Shown here: positions 52,981 through 61,446 of the stretch, in pieces
Numbering within the stretch: position 1 is the first letter of the stretch
Layout: the number at the start of each line of letters is the position of its first letter
NCBI GenBank assembly: GCA_030749415.1
Contig: JASMKC010000063.1
Span: 39,573 to 103,572, forward strand
Length of the DNA stretch: 64,000 nt
Origin: Myxococcota bacterium
GTDB taxonomy: Bacteria > Myxococcota_A > UBA9160 > SMWR01
Reading direction: 5' to 3'
Translations under genes and position numbers: made by a program
The notes under the pieces: model-generated
Database searches by the model: none
The model's input: only the letters and a program-made list of their open reading frames with translations
Told to the model about the DNA's origin: nothing

Positions 52981-53613
52981 CTATGCCTGCGCCTTCGCCT
53001 GCACCACCAACTCGGCGATTCGCCGCAGGCCGGCGCGGCGCAGCTCCCGCTTGGTCGGGTTCGGCTCCATCAGATCGAGGAGCAGGTTGCCGTCCAGCAG
53101 CGCTATGAACGCCGCCGCCAGCTCGGCCGCCTCGTTCGGATCCCCCCACAGCTCCAATAGCGTCTCCCGAATGTCCCGAAGGAACTGATCGTGCAGGGCG
53201 AAGAGCGGCTTCTGGAGCGAAGCCCGCATGCGATCCGATTCGAGCGCCCAGCGCACGAAGGTCTCGATCGCTCCCAGGTACTGCGACACGAACTGTTCGT
53301 AGACGTTGAAGAGCTCGAAGATCCGCTTGTTCGCGTCGAGGTGGGTGATGGATTCGCGAAACTTGTCGATGAAGGGTACGAGCATCCGGCGGCAGGCTTC
53401 CTGAAACAGCGTGGACTTGTCCCCGAAATGCCAGAAAACGGTGGCGCGACTCACCTTCGCACGCTCTGCGATCGCCGTGATGCTCGCGCCGTCGTATCCG
53501 CACTCGGCAAATAGCGCAATGGCAGCGTCGAGGATCCGCGCCTGCGTCTGCGCCTTGCGGCCGGCGTTCGCATCGCCTCCGCGCCGGGCCGTCGGCTCTG
53601 TCACCACTGTCAC
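52981..53613 (-). CDS. TetR/AcrR family transcriptional regulator
   Basis: 210 aa. The N-terminal HTH (ILDAAIALFAECGYDGASITAIAERAKVSRATVFWHFGDK) is canonical for TetR. GTG start. Confidence 0.9.
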   Translation of the reverse strand: MTVVTEPTARRGGDANAGRKAQTQARILDAAIALFAECGYDGASITAIAERAKVSRATVFWHFGDKSTLFQEACRRMLVPFIDKFRESITHLDANKRIFELFNVYEQFVSQYLGAIETFVRWALESDRMRASLQKPLFALHDQFLRDIRETLLELWGDPNEAAELAAAFIALLDGNLLLDLMEPNPTKRELRRAGLRRIAELVVQAKAQA

Positions 53614-53640
53614 CCCGCGTTCCGACCGGGCACGGCTCGA

Positions 53641-53656
53641 CGCCGGGATCCCGGCG
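53641..53656. promoter_or_regulatory. 16-bp perfect palindrome, candidate TetR operator
   Basis: CGCCGGGATCCCGGCG is its own reverse complement. It lies 27 nt upstream of the tetR GTG, inside the 114-nt hpnD-tetR gap. Confidence 0.35.
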
Positions 53657-53727
53657 GCTCACCCCAGAGCCACGCTTCCCGTCGGAATCGGTGGAGAATC
53701 CCATCGAGCCGGGGTCTGCCGCAAGCC

Positions 53728-54651
53728 CTACCGCTCGACCCGAGGGGTCCAGCGGTCAGTCGCGATCACCGGGCTGGTGGGCCGGCTGCTCGGAAGCCCC
53801 AGCCAGGCGCCGGCCGCCAGGGCCAGCCGGCGCCCCCGGGAAATCCGTAACGCCCCGTCAAAACAGGAGAATCCCTGTGCGTGAAGCTCGTCGAGCAGGC
53901 TCCGGTAGATACGCCCCATGGCCTCCGCCGGACGCAGCCTGCCGCGCTCCTCGGGCGGAAGAAGATCCGCGGCTCGCTCGTAGTAGAGCCGTGCGCGCTC
54001 GGCGTAGAGAGCCAGCAGAAGGCGCACGTCCTCGGTCATCTGCCCGGTCTTGAGCAGCTCCGGCGCTACCCGCATGCGCTCGAGATCCTCGCGCGCCAGG
54101 TAGATGCGGCCGGAAGCGGCGTCGTCACCCACGTCGCGAAGCACGTTCGTGAGCTGTACGGCGATCCCCATGCACTCGGCGTAATCGAGTGCCCGCTCGC
54201 TTCGCACACCGAGCACGCGCACGACGAGCAGACCCACGGTCGAAGCCACGCGGTAGCAGTAGCGGCGCAGATCCTCGAAGCATTCGATCGGCTCACCGAT
54301 CAGGTCACTCTCGACGCCGGCCAGGAGGTCCGCAAAAACTGCCTCGGGCAGCTCGAAGCGGCGCGCCGCGTCGCCGAGCGCCATGCCGACCGGGTGCCGG
54401 GCCCGGCCGCAGTAGGCGGCGGCCAGTTCCGCCTGCCAACGGTCGAGGAGTAGCCGCCGATCCCCCCGCACAGACGGGTCGTCGGCAATATCGTCGGCCA
54501 GGCGGCAGAACGCATAGATGGCGTGGAGCGCGCGGCGCTGCTCGCGGGGGAACATCCAGAAAGCCGCGGCGAAGCTCGAATCCGCCCGCCGCACCACGTC
54601 GGCACAGTGGTCCTGAGCGTTGCGCAGCGTTGCCCTGCGACGCTCAGCCAT
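53728..54651 (-). CDS. hpnD: presqualene diphosphate synthase HpnD (squalene/phytoene synthase family)
   Basis: I chose the ATG at 54651, which overlaps the dxs stop by 8 nt. SSFAAAFWMFPREQRRALHAIYAFCRLADDIADD is typical of HpnD. Confidence 0.85.
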   Translation of the reverse strand: MAERRRATLRNAQDHCADVVRRADSSFAAAFWMFPREQRRALHAIYAFCRLADDIADDPSVRGDRRLLLDRWQAELAAAYCGRARHPVGMALGDAARRFELPEAVFADLLAGVESDLIGEPIECFEDLRRYCYRVASTVGLLVVRVLGVRSERALDYAECMGIAVQLTNVLRDVGDDAASGRIYLAREDLERMRVAPELLKTGQMTEDVRLLLALYAERARLYYERAADLLPPEERGRLRPAEAMGRIYRSLLDELHAQGFSCFDGALRISRGRRLALAAGAWLGLPSSRPTSPVIATDRWTPRVER

Positions 54652-56419
54652 CGGACGCTCCCGCGCGGGCCAGAGGTTGCGCCGGCCCACCGATGCAGCG
54701 CAGCGCGCGCTCGGCAATCGAAGCGCCGTCGAGTCCGACCTCACGCCACTGGTCGTTCACGTCGCCGTGGTCGACGAAACGATCGGGAAGCCCGATGCGC
54801 TCTATGCGCAGCCCCGGAAGCCGCGGGGAGAGTTCTTCGAGAACGGCACTCCCGAAGCCCCCGGTCAGGCCGTGATCCTCGACGGTGACGAGCACCCCAC
54901 AGCAAGCTCCGACTTCCGAAAGCAGCTCGACGTCGAGCGGCTTCACGAAGCGGGCGTCAACGACTGCCGCGCAGACACCGCGCTCGGCGAGCCGCTCGGC
55001 GGCATCGAGAATGGCGGGCACCGTCTTGCCCAGGCCAACCAGCGCCACGTCGCGGCCCTCCCGCAGCAGCTCACCGCGGCCGATCGGGAGCGGCTTGGGA
55101 TCCGGGTCGAGCGGCACGCCGAGCGCGACGCCGCGCGGGAAGCGCACGGCGAAAGGCCGGCCCGACTCGACGCCCGTGGCGAGCAGGTGCTGGAGCTCGT
55201 TCTCGTCGCGCGGCGCACAAACGACTAGGTTCGGAATCATGCGCAGATAGGCGAGATCCAGACCGCCGTGGTGGGTCGGACCGTCTGACCCGACCAGGCC
55301 GGCGCGGTCGAGGGCGAACGTCACCGGCAGCTCCTGAAGCGCCACGTCGTGCACCACCTGATCGAACGCACGTTGCAGAAAGCTCGAGTAGATGGCGCAG
55401 ACCGGGCGTGCTCCTTCCGTCGCGAGGCCCGCTGCGAAGGTCACCGCGTGCTGTTCGGCGATGCCCACGTCGTAGGCCCGGTCCGGGTGCCGCTCGGCAA
55501 AGCGGTCGATTCCGGTCCCGTCGGGCATCGCGGCGGTGATGGCGACGACTCGCGAGTCCCGGTCCGCGAGACGCGACAGCGCATCGGCAAAGCAGGCGGT
55601 CCAGCTCGCGGCCCCGCCGGCTTTCTTTTGCCGCACACCCGAAGCGGAATCGAAGGGTCCGGTGGCGTGCCATTTGAAGGGATCGGCCTCGGCCGGGGCA
55701 TAGCCGGCGCCCTTCTTCGTGCGTGCGTGCAGCACGGTCGGTCCCCGCGCGTCTCGAAGCGACTCCATGCCGGCCAGCAGCGCCGGCAGGTCGTGGCCGT
55801 CCACCGGACCGAGGTAACGCCAGCCGAGCGCCTCGAAGTAGCGCCCGGCCTCGCCGGTCTCGGCGAGGCCGCCCACATTGGGCGCAATCGACATACCGTT
55901 GTCGTTGAAGACCACGCGAACGTCGGCACCCAGGGTGCTGGCATGGTTGAGGGCCTCGAACGACATGCCCGCCGTCGCCGCTCCATCACCGATCACCGCC
56001 ACCGCACGCGCGCTGTCACCCGCCCGTCGCTGCGCCTCGGCGATGCCGGCCGTCGCCGAGACCGAGGTGCCGGCATGCCCGGCGCCGAAGACGTCGTAGG
56101 GCCCCTCGCAGCGGCGCAAGAAGCCGCTCGGTCCGTCGGCCCGCTTGATGCGGAGCAGGTCCTCTCGGCGCCCGGTGAGGATCTTGTGGGCGTAGCCCTG
56201 GTGACCCACGTCCCAGACGATTCGATCACAGGGGGTCTCGAAGACATAGTGGAGGGCGACGGTGAGCTCGACCACGCCGAGGCTCCCGGCAAAGTGCCCG
56301 CCGACCTCAGCACCCACCCGAACCAGCTCCCGTCGGAGCTCCGTCGCGACCTCCTCGAGGTCTTCTCGGGCCAGGGCCCGAAGTTCCGTCGGCGATCCGA
56401 TGTTCTCGAGCAGATTCAC
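54644..56419 (-). CDS. dxs: 1-deoxy-D-xylulose-5-phosphate synthase
   Basis: 591 aa. GGHFAGSLGVVELTVALHYVF...WDVGHQGYAHKILTGR is canonical for Dxs. GTG start. Confidence 0.95.
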   Translation of the reverse strand: MNLLENIGSPTELRALAREDLEEVATELRRELVRVGAEVGGHFAGSLGVVELTVALHYVFETPCDRIVWDVGHQGYAHKILTGRREDLLRIKRADGPSGFLRRCEGPYDVFGAGHAGTSVSATAGIAEAQRRAGDSARAVAVIGDGAATAGMSFEALNHASTLGADVRVVFNDNGMSIAPNVGGLAETGEAGRYFEALGWRYLGPVDGHDLPALLAGMESLRDARGPTVLHARTKKGAGYAPAEADPFKWHATGPFDSASGVRQKKAGGAASWTACFADALSRLADRDSRVVAITAAMPDGTGIDRFAERHPDRAYDVGIAEQHAVTFAAGLATEGARPVCAIYSSFLQRAFDQVVHDVALQELPVTFALDRAGLVGSDGPTHHGGLDLAYLRMIPNLVVCAPRDENELQHLLATGVESGRPFAVRFPRGVALGVPLDPDPKPLPIGRGELLREGRDVALVGLGKTVPAILDAAERLAERGVCAAVVDARFVKPLDVELLSEVGACCGVLVTVEDHGLTGGFGSAVLEELSPRLPGLRIERIGLPDRFVDHGDVNDQWREVGLDGASIAERALRCIGGPAQPLARAGASDG

Positions 56420-56663
56420 GACTTCCCCATCCGCTGACCGACCAGCGGCGTCGGGAACATCCGTGTCAAGAGGTGGCTGCGCAATGAAATCCGTCAGACC
56501 AATCCGGCCCGGCGGTCAGCGATTCGACCGATGGGGCCAAACCGTCGGCGATCGCACCGGTTCACGGACGCCCCGGAGTCGCTGTAGCCGACGCTCACCA
56601 CGGCCGCAGCGCGAGACTTGAGTGGCGCCCCGTCGCCCTCGCCTACGAGACCGCGGCCAGAGC

Positions 56664-57557
56664 TCAGTCGACGTAGCCGAACGACCGGAGTGCGGGCCCG
56701 AGCGCCTCGGACAGGCCTCTCTGGTCCTCGTCGCTCAGCGCGCGCCACTTCTCACCGACGTCGCGCACGCCGAGAGAGGCGACTCGATCCGCCAGGCCCG
56801 CGGCGCTGGGCAGGCCGCACCAGAGCCGAAGCGCATCCACGCTGGCCCAGGGATCCGCCACGAACTCCTCGTAGCGCACCTCGCGGTAACGGTCTCCGAG
56901 TCCTGCACCGGCCCCGCGAATATTTTCGACCAGGATCTTCCACTGGAGTCCCGCGAGCACCGCAAAGGAGCGATCGCTCGCCTTCCAGAGCGACTCGTGT
57001 TCCTCGGAGAGCGGTCCCCAACGCCACTGCTCGGGCCCGCGCCAGCCCTCCCAGAAGCCCACCCCGAGCAGCGACGCGGCAACCGCCCGACCGTCGCGCA
57101 CCACGTGAACGTAGCGAGCGTCCGGAAACGCTCGGTCCATGAAGCCTACCCGAGACCAACCCGTGTACTTTGCGATGAAACGCGAACACCCCTGCGCAGA
57201 CGCATGCCGCGACACCAGCGCTCGCATGCGATCGGCGCAGGAGTCGCTGCAGTCGCGGGCGAAGAGATCGCGCGTCGGGCGGTTGAAACCCGGGAAGCAG
57301 TCGATCCACGCGCGGTAGCCCTCGACAGGCCGGGGCCGCAGAGCGCTTTCCCCCAGTGCGCGCACACCGGGTGCATGACGCAGCCTTGCCAGGGCGAGCC
57401 ACGCCGAGGCAGCACCGAAACGGTTCGACCAATTCGAGATCCAGGCGAAGTCGGGGTGCTCCGCCAGGGCGTGAAATACAACCGTGGTCCCGGAACGCCC
57501 GCACCCGATCACGAAGACCGGACGGTGGACAGCATCGGGTCGGGACGCGCTCGTCAT
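56664..57557 (-). CDS. sulfotransferase family protein
   Basis: 297 aa. IGCGRSGTT is a PAPS 5'-phosphosulfate-binding loop, and HVVRDGR matches the 3'-phosphate-binding region. Confidence 0.7.
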   Translation of the reverse strand: MTSASRPDAVHRPVFVIGCGRSGTTVVFHALAEHPDFAWISNWSNRFGAASAWLALARLRHAPGVRALGESALRPRPVEGYRAWIDCFPGFNRPTRDLFARDCSDSCADRMRALVSRHASAQGCSRFIAKYTGWSRVGFMDRAFPDARYVHVVRDGRAVAASLLGVGFWEGWRGPEQWRWGPLSEEHESLWKASDRSFAVLAGLQWKILVENIRGAGAGLGDRYREVRYEEFVADPWASVDALRLWCGLPSAAGLADRVASLGVRDVGEKWRALSDEDQRGLSEALGPALRSFGYVD

Positions 57558-57710
57558 TTCGCTGAGTCAGGATACCAGGGTGTGCTGCATGGGCAGGGCG
57601 TCGTCATCCACGCTGCCCACCGGCGCCCCGCCCGACCCGAATGCCCGCGGCCCGTCCGGCGAGAGCAGCGCGTAACTCCTCCCGGTGAGCGACAGGCCGT
57701 CGAGAGCGAT

Positions 57711-58583
57711 TCAGCTCCTGACCGAGATCGCCGCGTTGCTGATGATCGGTGCGTCGCGCTCCTTCGACTTCACCGAGAGAACGATGTCGTCACCCTCGTT
57801 CCACCAGGACGTGAGATACGTCTCGCCCGGAAACGCTACCCCGCGAAAGCGGGCCTGATAGCGGGCGACACGCGTCGGATCGCCGCCCAGCACAGCATCC
57901 ACGATCGCCTTGCAGGCAATGCCATAGGAGCAGAGCCCGTGGATGATCGGTGTGTCGAAGCCGGCCATCTTCGCGAACTCGGGATCCGCGTGAAGTGGAT
58001 TCTTGTCGCCGTTCAGGCGGTAGAGCAGTGCCTGCTGCGGCAGCGTCCGGGTCTCGACTACACCGTCCGGCTCGCGCTCCGGCGGCTCGTTGCCGGGCTT
58101 CGGACCGGCGGGTCCGCCGAAACCGCCCTCTCCGCGGATGAAGGCAGACATGCGGGTCGTGTAGAGCAGTTCGCCGGAATCGCGGTCGCGTGTCTCGTTC
58201 TCCATGATCACGAGAGCGGCTTTCCCCTTGTCGAAGACATCGGCGACGCGGCCCTCGGTCTTCGTCTCGGCGGACGTGGGCAGGGGCCGGTGGATCTCGA
58301 TGTCCTGCTCGCCGTGGAGGAGCTGCGTCAGATTGAACTCGATCCCCGGGATCTTGAACCCGGTCGTACTCGCGGCGCTCGGACGGCGCCCACCCGCCAC
58401 CACCACGAAGCTCGGCAGCACCTTCAGGTTCTTCTCGTAGGTGTACTCGAGTTCGTTCGCCTCCGTGGCCGGCACGCCGGCCCCGATACCCAGGTGATAG
58501 AGGATCACGTCGTCGACGTCCCATCCCCCCTCGCGCACTCCGAGGCTCGAACCCACCGCCTTTTCCCGATCGACCGGCATCAC
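57711..58583 (-). CDS. MaoC-family double hot-dog (R)-specific enoyl-CoA hydratase
   Basis: 290 aa. The C-terminal half has the hydratase 2 motif context (NGDKNPLHADPEFAKMAGFDTPIIHG). Confidence 0.8.
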   Translation of the reverse strand: MMPVDREKAVGSSLGVREGGWDVDDVILYHLGIGAGVPATEANELEYTYEKNLKVLPSFVVVAGGRRPSAASTTGFKIPGIEFNLTQLLHGEQDIEIHRPLPTSAETKTEGRVADVFDKGKAALVIMENETRDRDSGELLYTTRMSAFIRGEGGFGGPAGPKPGNEPPEREPDGVVETRTLPQQALLYRLNGDKNPLHADPEFAKMAGFDTPIIHGLCSYGIACKAIVDAVLGGDPTRVARYQARFRGVAFPGETYLTSWWNEGDDIVLSVKSKERDAPIISNAAISVRS

Positions 58584-58668
58584 GTCCCTCCAGAAAATCC
58601 GTGGGTGATCTTACCACGAGCGGGGCAGCGCTTGCGCGCCGCGCTGCGGGAACGCACGCTAGCGTGCC

Positions 58669-59928
58669 GTGAGTCGAATGCTCCGACATGAATTATTCGC
58701 CGCGGTGGCTTTCGCCGCCGCCACCGCCTGTTCGACGACCGCACCGCCCGCTCCCGAGCGCACCTCGCTTCCGGTGCTCGCGGCAGGAGACACGGATGCC
58801 TCGCTCGGTTACGAAACGCCTCCTGTCCAGAACGCGGCCGCTCTCCTGCCCAGTGAGCTTCGCGAGGGTCCGCACCACTACGTCGCCGACGAGGTCCAAA
58901 CGGACGGCTTCATGCGCGTCTACGAGATCTCGTCCCCATTCGGCGAATACACGGCCTACGGCGACGACTCCCTGCGCGAGCGCGTCGCCGAGATCGAAGC
59001 TCTGGCCCAGTTGCGCGAGCGCTCCGCGGGTGCCGAGTTCGGCAAGGCGGTCCAGCGCTCGCTCGGGAGCCCCTTCGTCGCCACGTGGAACCTCGTCACC
59101 CGGCCATCGGATTCGGAACACGGCGTTCCCGAAGAAGCCGCCGACGCCCTGCGCGGCGCTCCGACGGGGAGCACGCATCGCGACGAGTTTTTCGGCTTCG
59201 CGCAGCGCAAGCGCGAACTCGCCTTCGAGCTAGGAGTCGATCCGTACTCCTCGAACGCCGAACTCCAGAAGGAACTGAACCGCTTCGCGTGGGTCTCGAC
59301 AGTGGGCGGCTTCGGCGAACGGATCTTCACCCCGGGCCACCGCGACCGCAGTGCCGAAATCGTGCGCGACTTCTCGCCCACGGACCTGCAGCGCCTCGCC
59401 CGAGTCGAGCTCGCCGTAATGGGAATTTCAGAAGATTCCACCGAAGCATTCATCGCCCATCCGTGGTACTCGCCCCGCCAGCAGGCAGAGCTTGTGGGGC
59501 ACCTCGCAGCGCTCGACCTGGTCGCCAACCGCAGGGCGCTGATCGATGTGGCGCTCGGGGCAACCTCGGAAGAAGACGCCAACCTCTACGCGCGCTCCGC
59601 CGAGCTGCTCCACGCCTACCACGACAACGTGACTCCCTTCGAATTGCTGACGGCGTTCCGGGGCGGCACGGTGGCGGGCTTCACGCGCGACGGGCGGCTG
59701 GTCGCGGTGCTCCCCCTCGACTACGCGATATGGACGAAGCCGGCCCACGCCTACGCCAACACGCTGAAACGCAGCACCCTCGGCGACGGGCGAGCCATCG
59801 ACGCCCGAGAAGTCCTCGTGACGGGCTCCTTCTCGCCCAAGGCCCGAAGCAAGTACCAACGCCGCGGCATCACGGTGCGCGAGAACGCACTCGAAGCGCT
59901 GCGTCCGGAACCCGTACCGGAGAACTGA
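58669..59928 (+). CDS. hypothetical lipoprotein
   Basis: 419 aa with a signal peptide and lipobox-like sequence (AAVAFAAATAC). No family recognised. Its stop overlaps the next ATG (TGATG). Confidence 0.5.
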   Translation: MSRMLRHELFAAVAFAAATACSTTAPPAPERTSLPVLAAGDTDASLGYETPPVQNAAALLPSELREGPHHYVADEVQTDGFMRVYEISSPFGEYTAYGDDSLRERVAEIEALAQLRERSAGAEFGKAVQRSLGSPFVATWNLVTRPSDSEHGVPEEAADALRGAPTGSTHRDEFFGFAQRKRELAFELGVDPYSSNAELQKELNRFAWVSTVGGFGERIFTPGHRDRSAEIVRDFSPTDLQRLARVELAVMGISEDSTEAFIAHPWYSPRQQAELVGHLAALDLVANRRALIDVALGATSEEDANLYARSAELLHAYHDNVTPFELLTAFRGGTVAGFTRDGRLVAVLPLDYAIWTKPAHAYANTLKRSTLGDGRAIDAREVLVTGSFSPKARSKYQRRGITVRENALEALRPEPVPEN

Positions 59929-61376
59929 TGCGCCCCCACCCCTGGCTCCGCACGAGCGTATGGAGCCTCCTGCTGAGCAGCCTGCTTCTCGGCGCGTGCA
60001 GCTCTCCCTCCCCGCGTTCGAAGGGCGGGAAAGAGTCCAAACCCGACATCATCCTCTACAGCGAGGCCGACGACCAGCGCGCCGGTGAAGAGGCCGCGAA
60101 AGAGATCCCCATGGCGATCGGCGTCGTCAACGACCCGGCCCTGAAACGCTATGTGGAACGGGTCGGCCAGCGCGTCGCGCACCAGGCACCGCGCACGAGT
60201 TTCACCTACAGCTTTCAGGTCGTGGACCAGGACGCACCAAATGCATTCGCGCTACCCGGAGGCTTCATCTTCGTTTCGCGTGGACTCCTGATACTCTCGA
60301 ATTCCGAGGACGAGCTCGCCAACGTGCTCGGCCACGAGATCGTGCACGTCGCGCGCCGCCACGCCTCCGCGCGCCAGAGCATGATGAACTCGCTGCCCAA
60401 GTACCTGCGCTGGGCGGCGGTGGGCCAAGTCACGGCCTACGGACGCGACCAGGAACGCGAGTCCGACCGGCTGGGCCAGGGCCTGGCTGCAGTCGCGGGT
60501 TACGACCCGGTGGGCATGGCGAATTTTCTCCGGGAGTTGGAGTTCAGCGAACGACTCCAACTCGGCTTCTCGCGTCACCAGGGCTACATGGACACCCACC
60601 CGGCCACGAGCGAGCGGGTCGCCAGGGCGGGGGCACGCGCTCGCACCATCCGCTGGACCCCCAGGGCACCTATCGCGGCGAGCCACGCGGCGTATCTGAG
60701 CCAACTCGACGGCCTGGTCGTGGGAATCGGTGCCGCCGAGGGTGTCTTCCAGCGCGACCGCTTCCTGCAAGCGGACATGGGATTCAGTGTGCGCTTCCCC
60801 GACGGTTGGGATGTGATCAATACCCGGGCCGCCGTCGGTGCCGTCTCCCCCGACCGGAAGTCGCAGGTCGTGCTCGAAACCCAGGGGCAGGGAACCGACC
60901 CGCGGAAGTCCGCGCAGGAGTACCTCGACGAGGCGCAGACCCAGGGACTGCGCGTCGAAAGCGCCCAGGACATCGTCCTGGGAGACGTACCGGCCTACCG
61001 CGTCGAGGGGCGCGCGCGATCTCCGGCCGGCCCCGTCGGCGTCCACTTCACGTGGTTCGCACGAGACGGCGTCATGCTCCGGCTGACGGGCTTCTCGGTC
61101 GGGCTCGGCTCCCGCGGAGCGATTTTCGTGAACGTCGCCCGCAGCTTCCGCACGATCACCCCACGCGAGCGGGCGTCGATCCGCGAGACGCGGCTGCGCA
61201 TCGTTCCGGCGCGCGGCGGAGAGTCGCTCACACAACTCTCGAAGCGTACCGGCAATGCCTGGGACATCCAGCAAACTGCGGTGACAAATGGCATCTTCGC
61301 GGACGCCACCCTCGACGAGGGGCAGCTGATCAAGATCGCTGTCTCGCGACCCTACCGGAACACGCCAGCGCGATAG
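59928..61376 (+). CDS. M48-family zinc metalloprotease lipoprotein with C-terminal LysM-like domain
   Basis: The ATG is at 59928. It has a lipobox (LLLGAC), an HEIVH zinc motif and a C-terminal segment (ESLTQLSKRTGNAWDIQQTAVTNGI...LDEGQLIKIA) that resembles LysM. Confidence 0.8.
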   Translation: MRPHPWLRTSVWSLLLSSLLLGACSSPSPRSKGGKESKPDIILYSEADDQRAGEEAAKEIPMAIGVVNDPALKRYVERVGQRVAHQAPRTSFTYSFQVVDQDAPNAFALPGGFIFVSRGLLILSNSEDELANVLGHEIVHVARRHASARQSMMNSLPKYLRWAAVGQVTAYGRDQERESDRLGQGLAAVAGYDPVGMANFLRELEFSERLQLGFSRHQGYMDTHPATSERVARAGARARTIRWTPRAPIAASHAAYLSQLDGLVVGIGAAEGVFQRDRFLQADMGFSVRFPDGWDVINTRAAVGAVSPDRKSQVVLETQGQGTDPRKSAQEYLDEAQTQGLRVESAQDIVLGDVPAYRVEGRARSPAGPVGVHFTWFARDGVMLRLTGFSVGLGSRGAIFVNVARSFRTITPRERASIRETRLRIVPARGGESLTQLSKRTGNAWDIQQTAVTNGIFADATLDEGQLIKIAVSRPYRNTPAR

Positions 61377-61446
61377 GCCGCGCAAACTGGCCCTCCTTCG
61401 GGGACAGCGTGCGAATCCTACTCTGCCGAACCCCGCCGAGCCTCGA

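Noticed and set aside
56420-56663. TPP riboswitch or other known leader upstream of dxs
   Set aside because: The minus-strand sequence lacks the conserved CUGAGA and ACCUGAUCUGGAUAAUGCCAGCG-type cores. There is only a small hairpin (CCGCTG-N6-CAGCGG at 56431-56448) and a TTGACA hexamer with no convincing -10.
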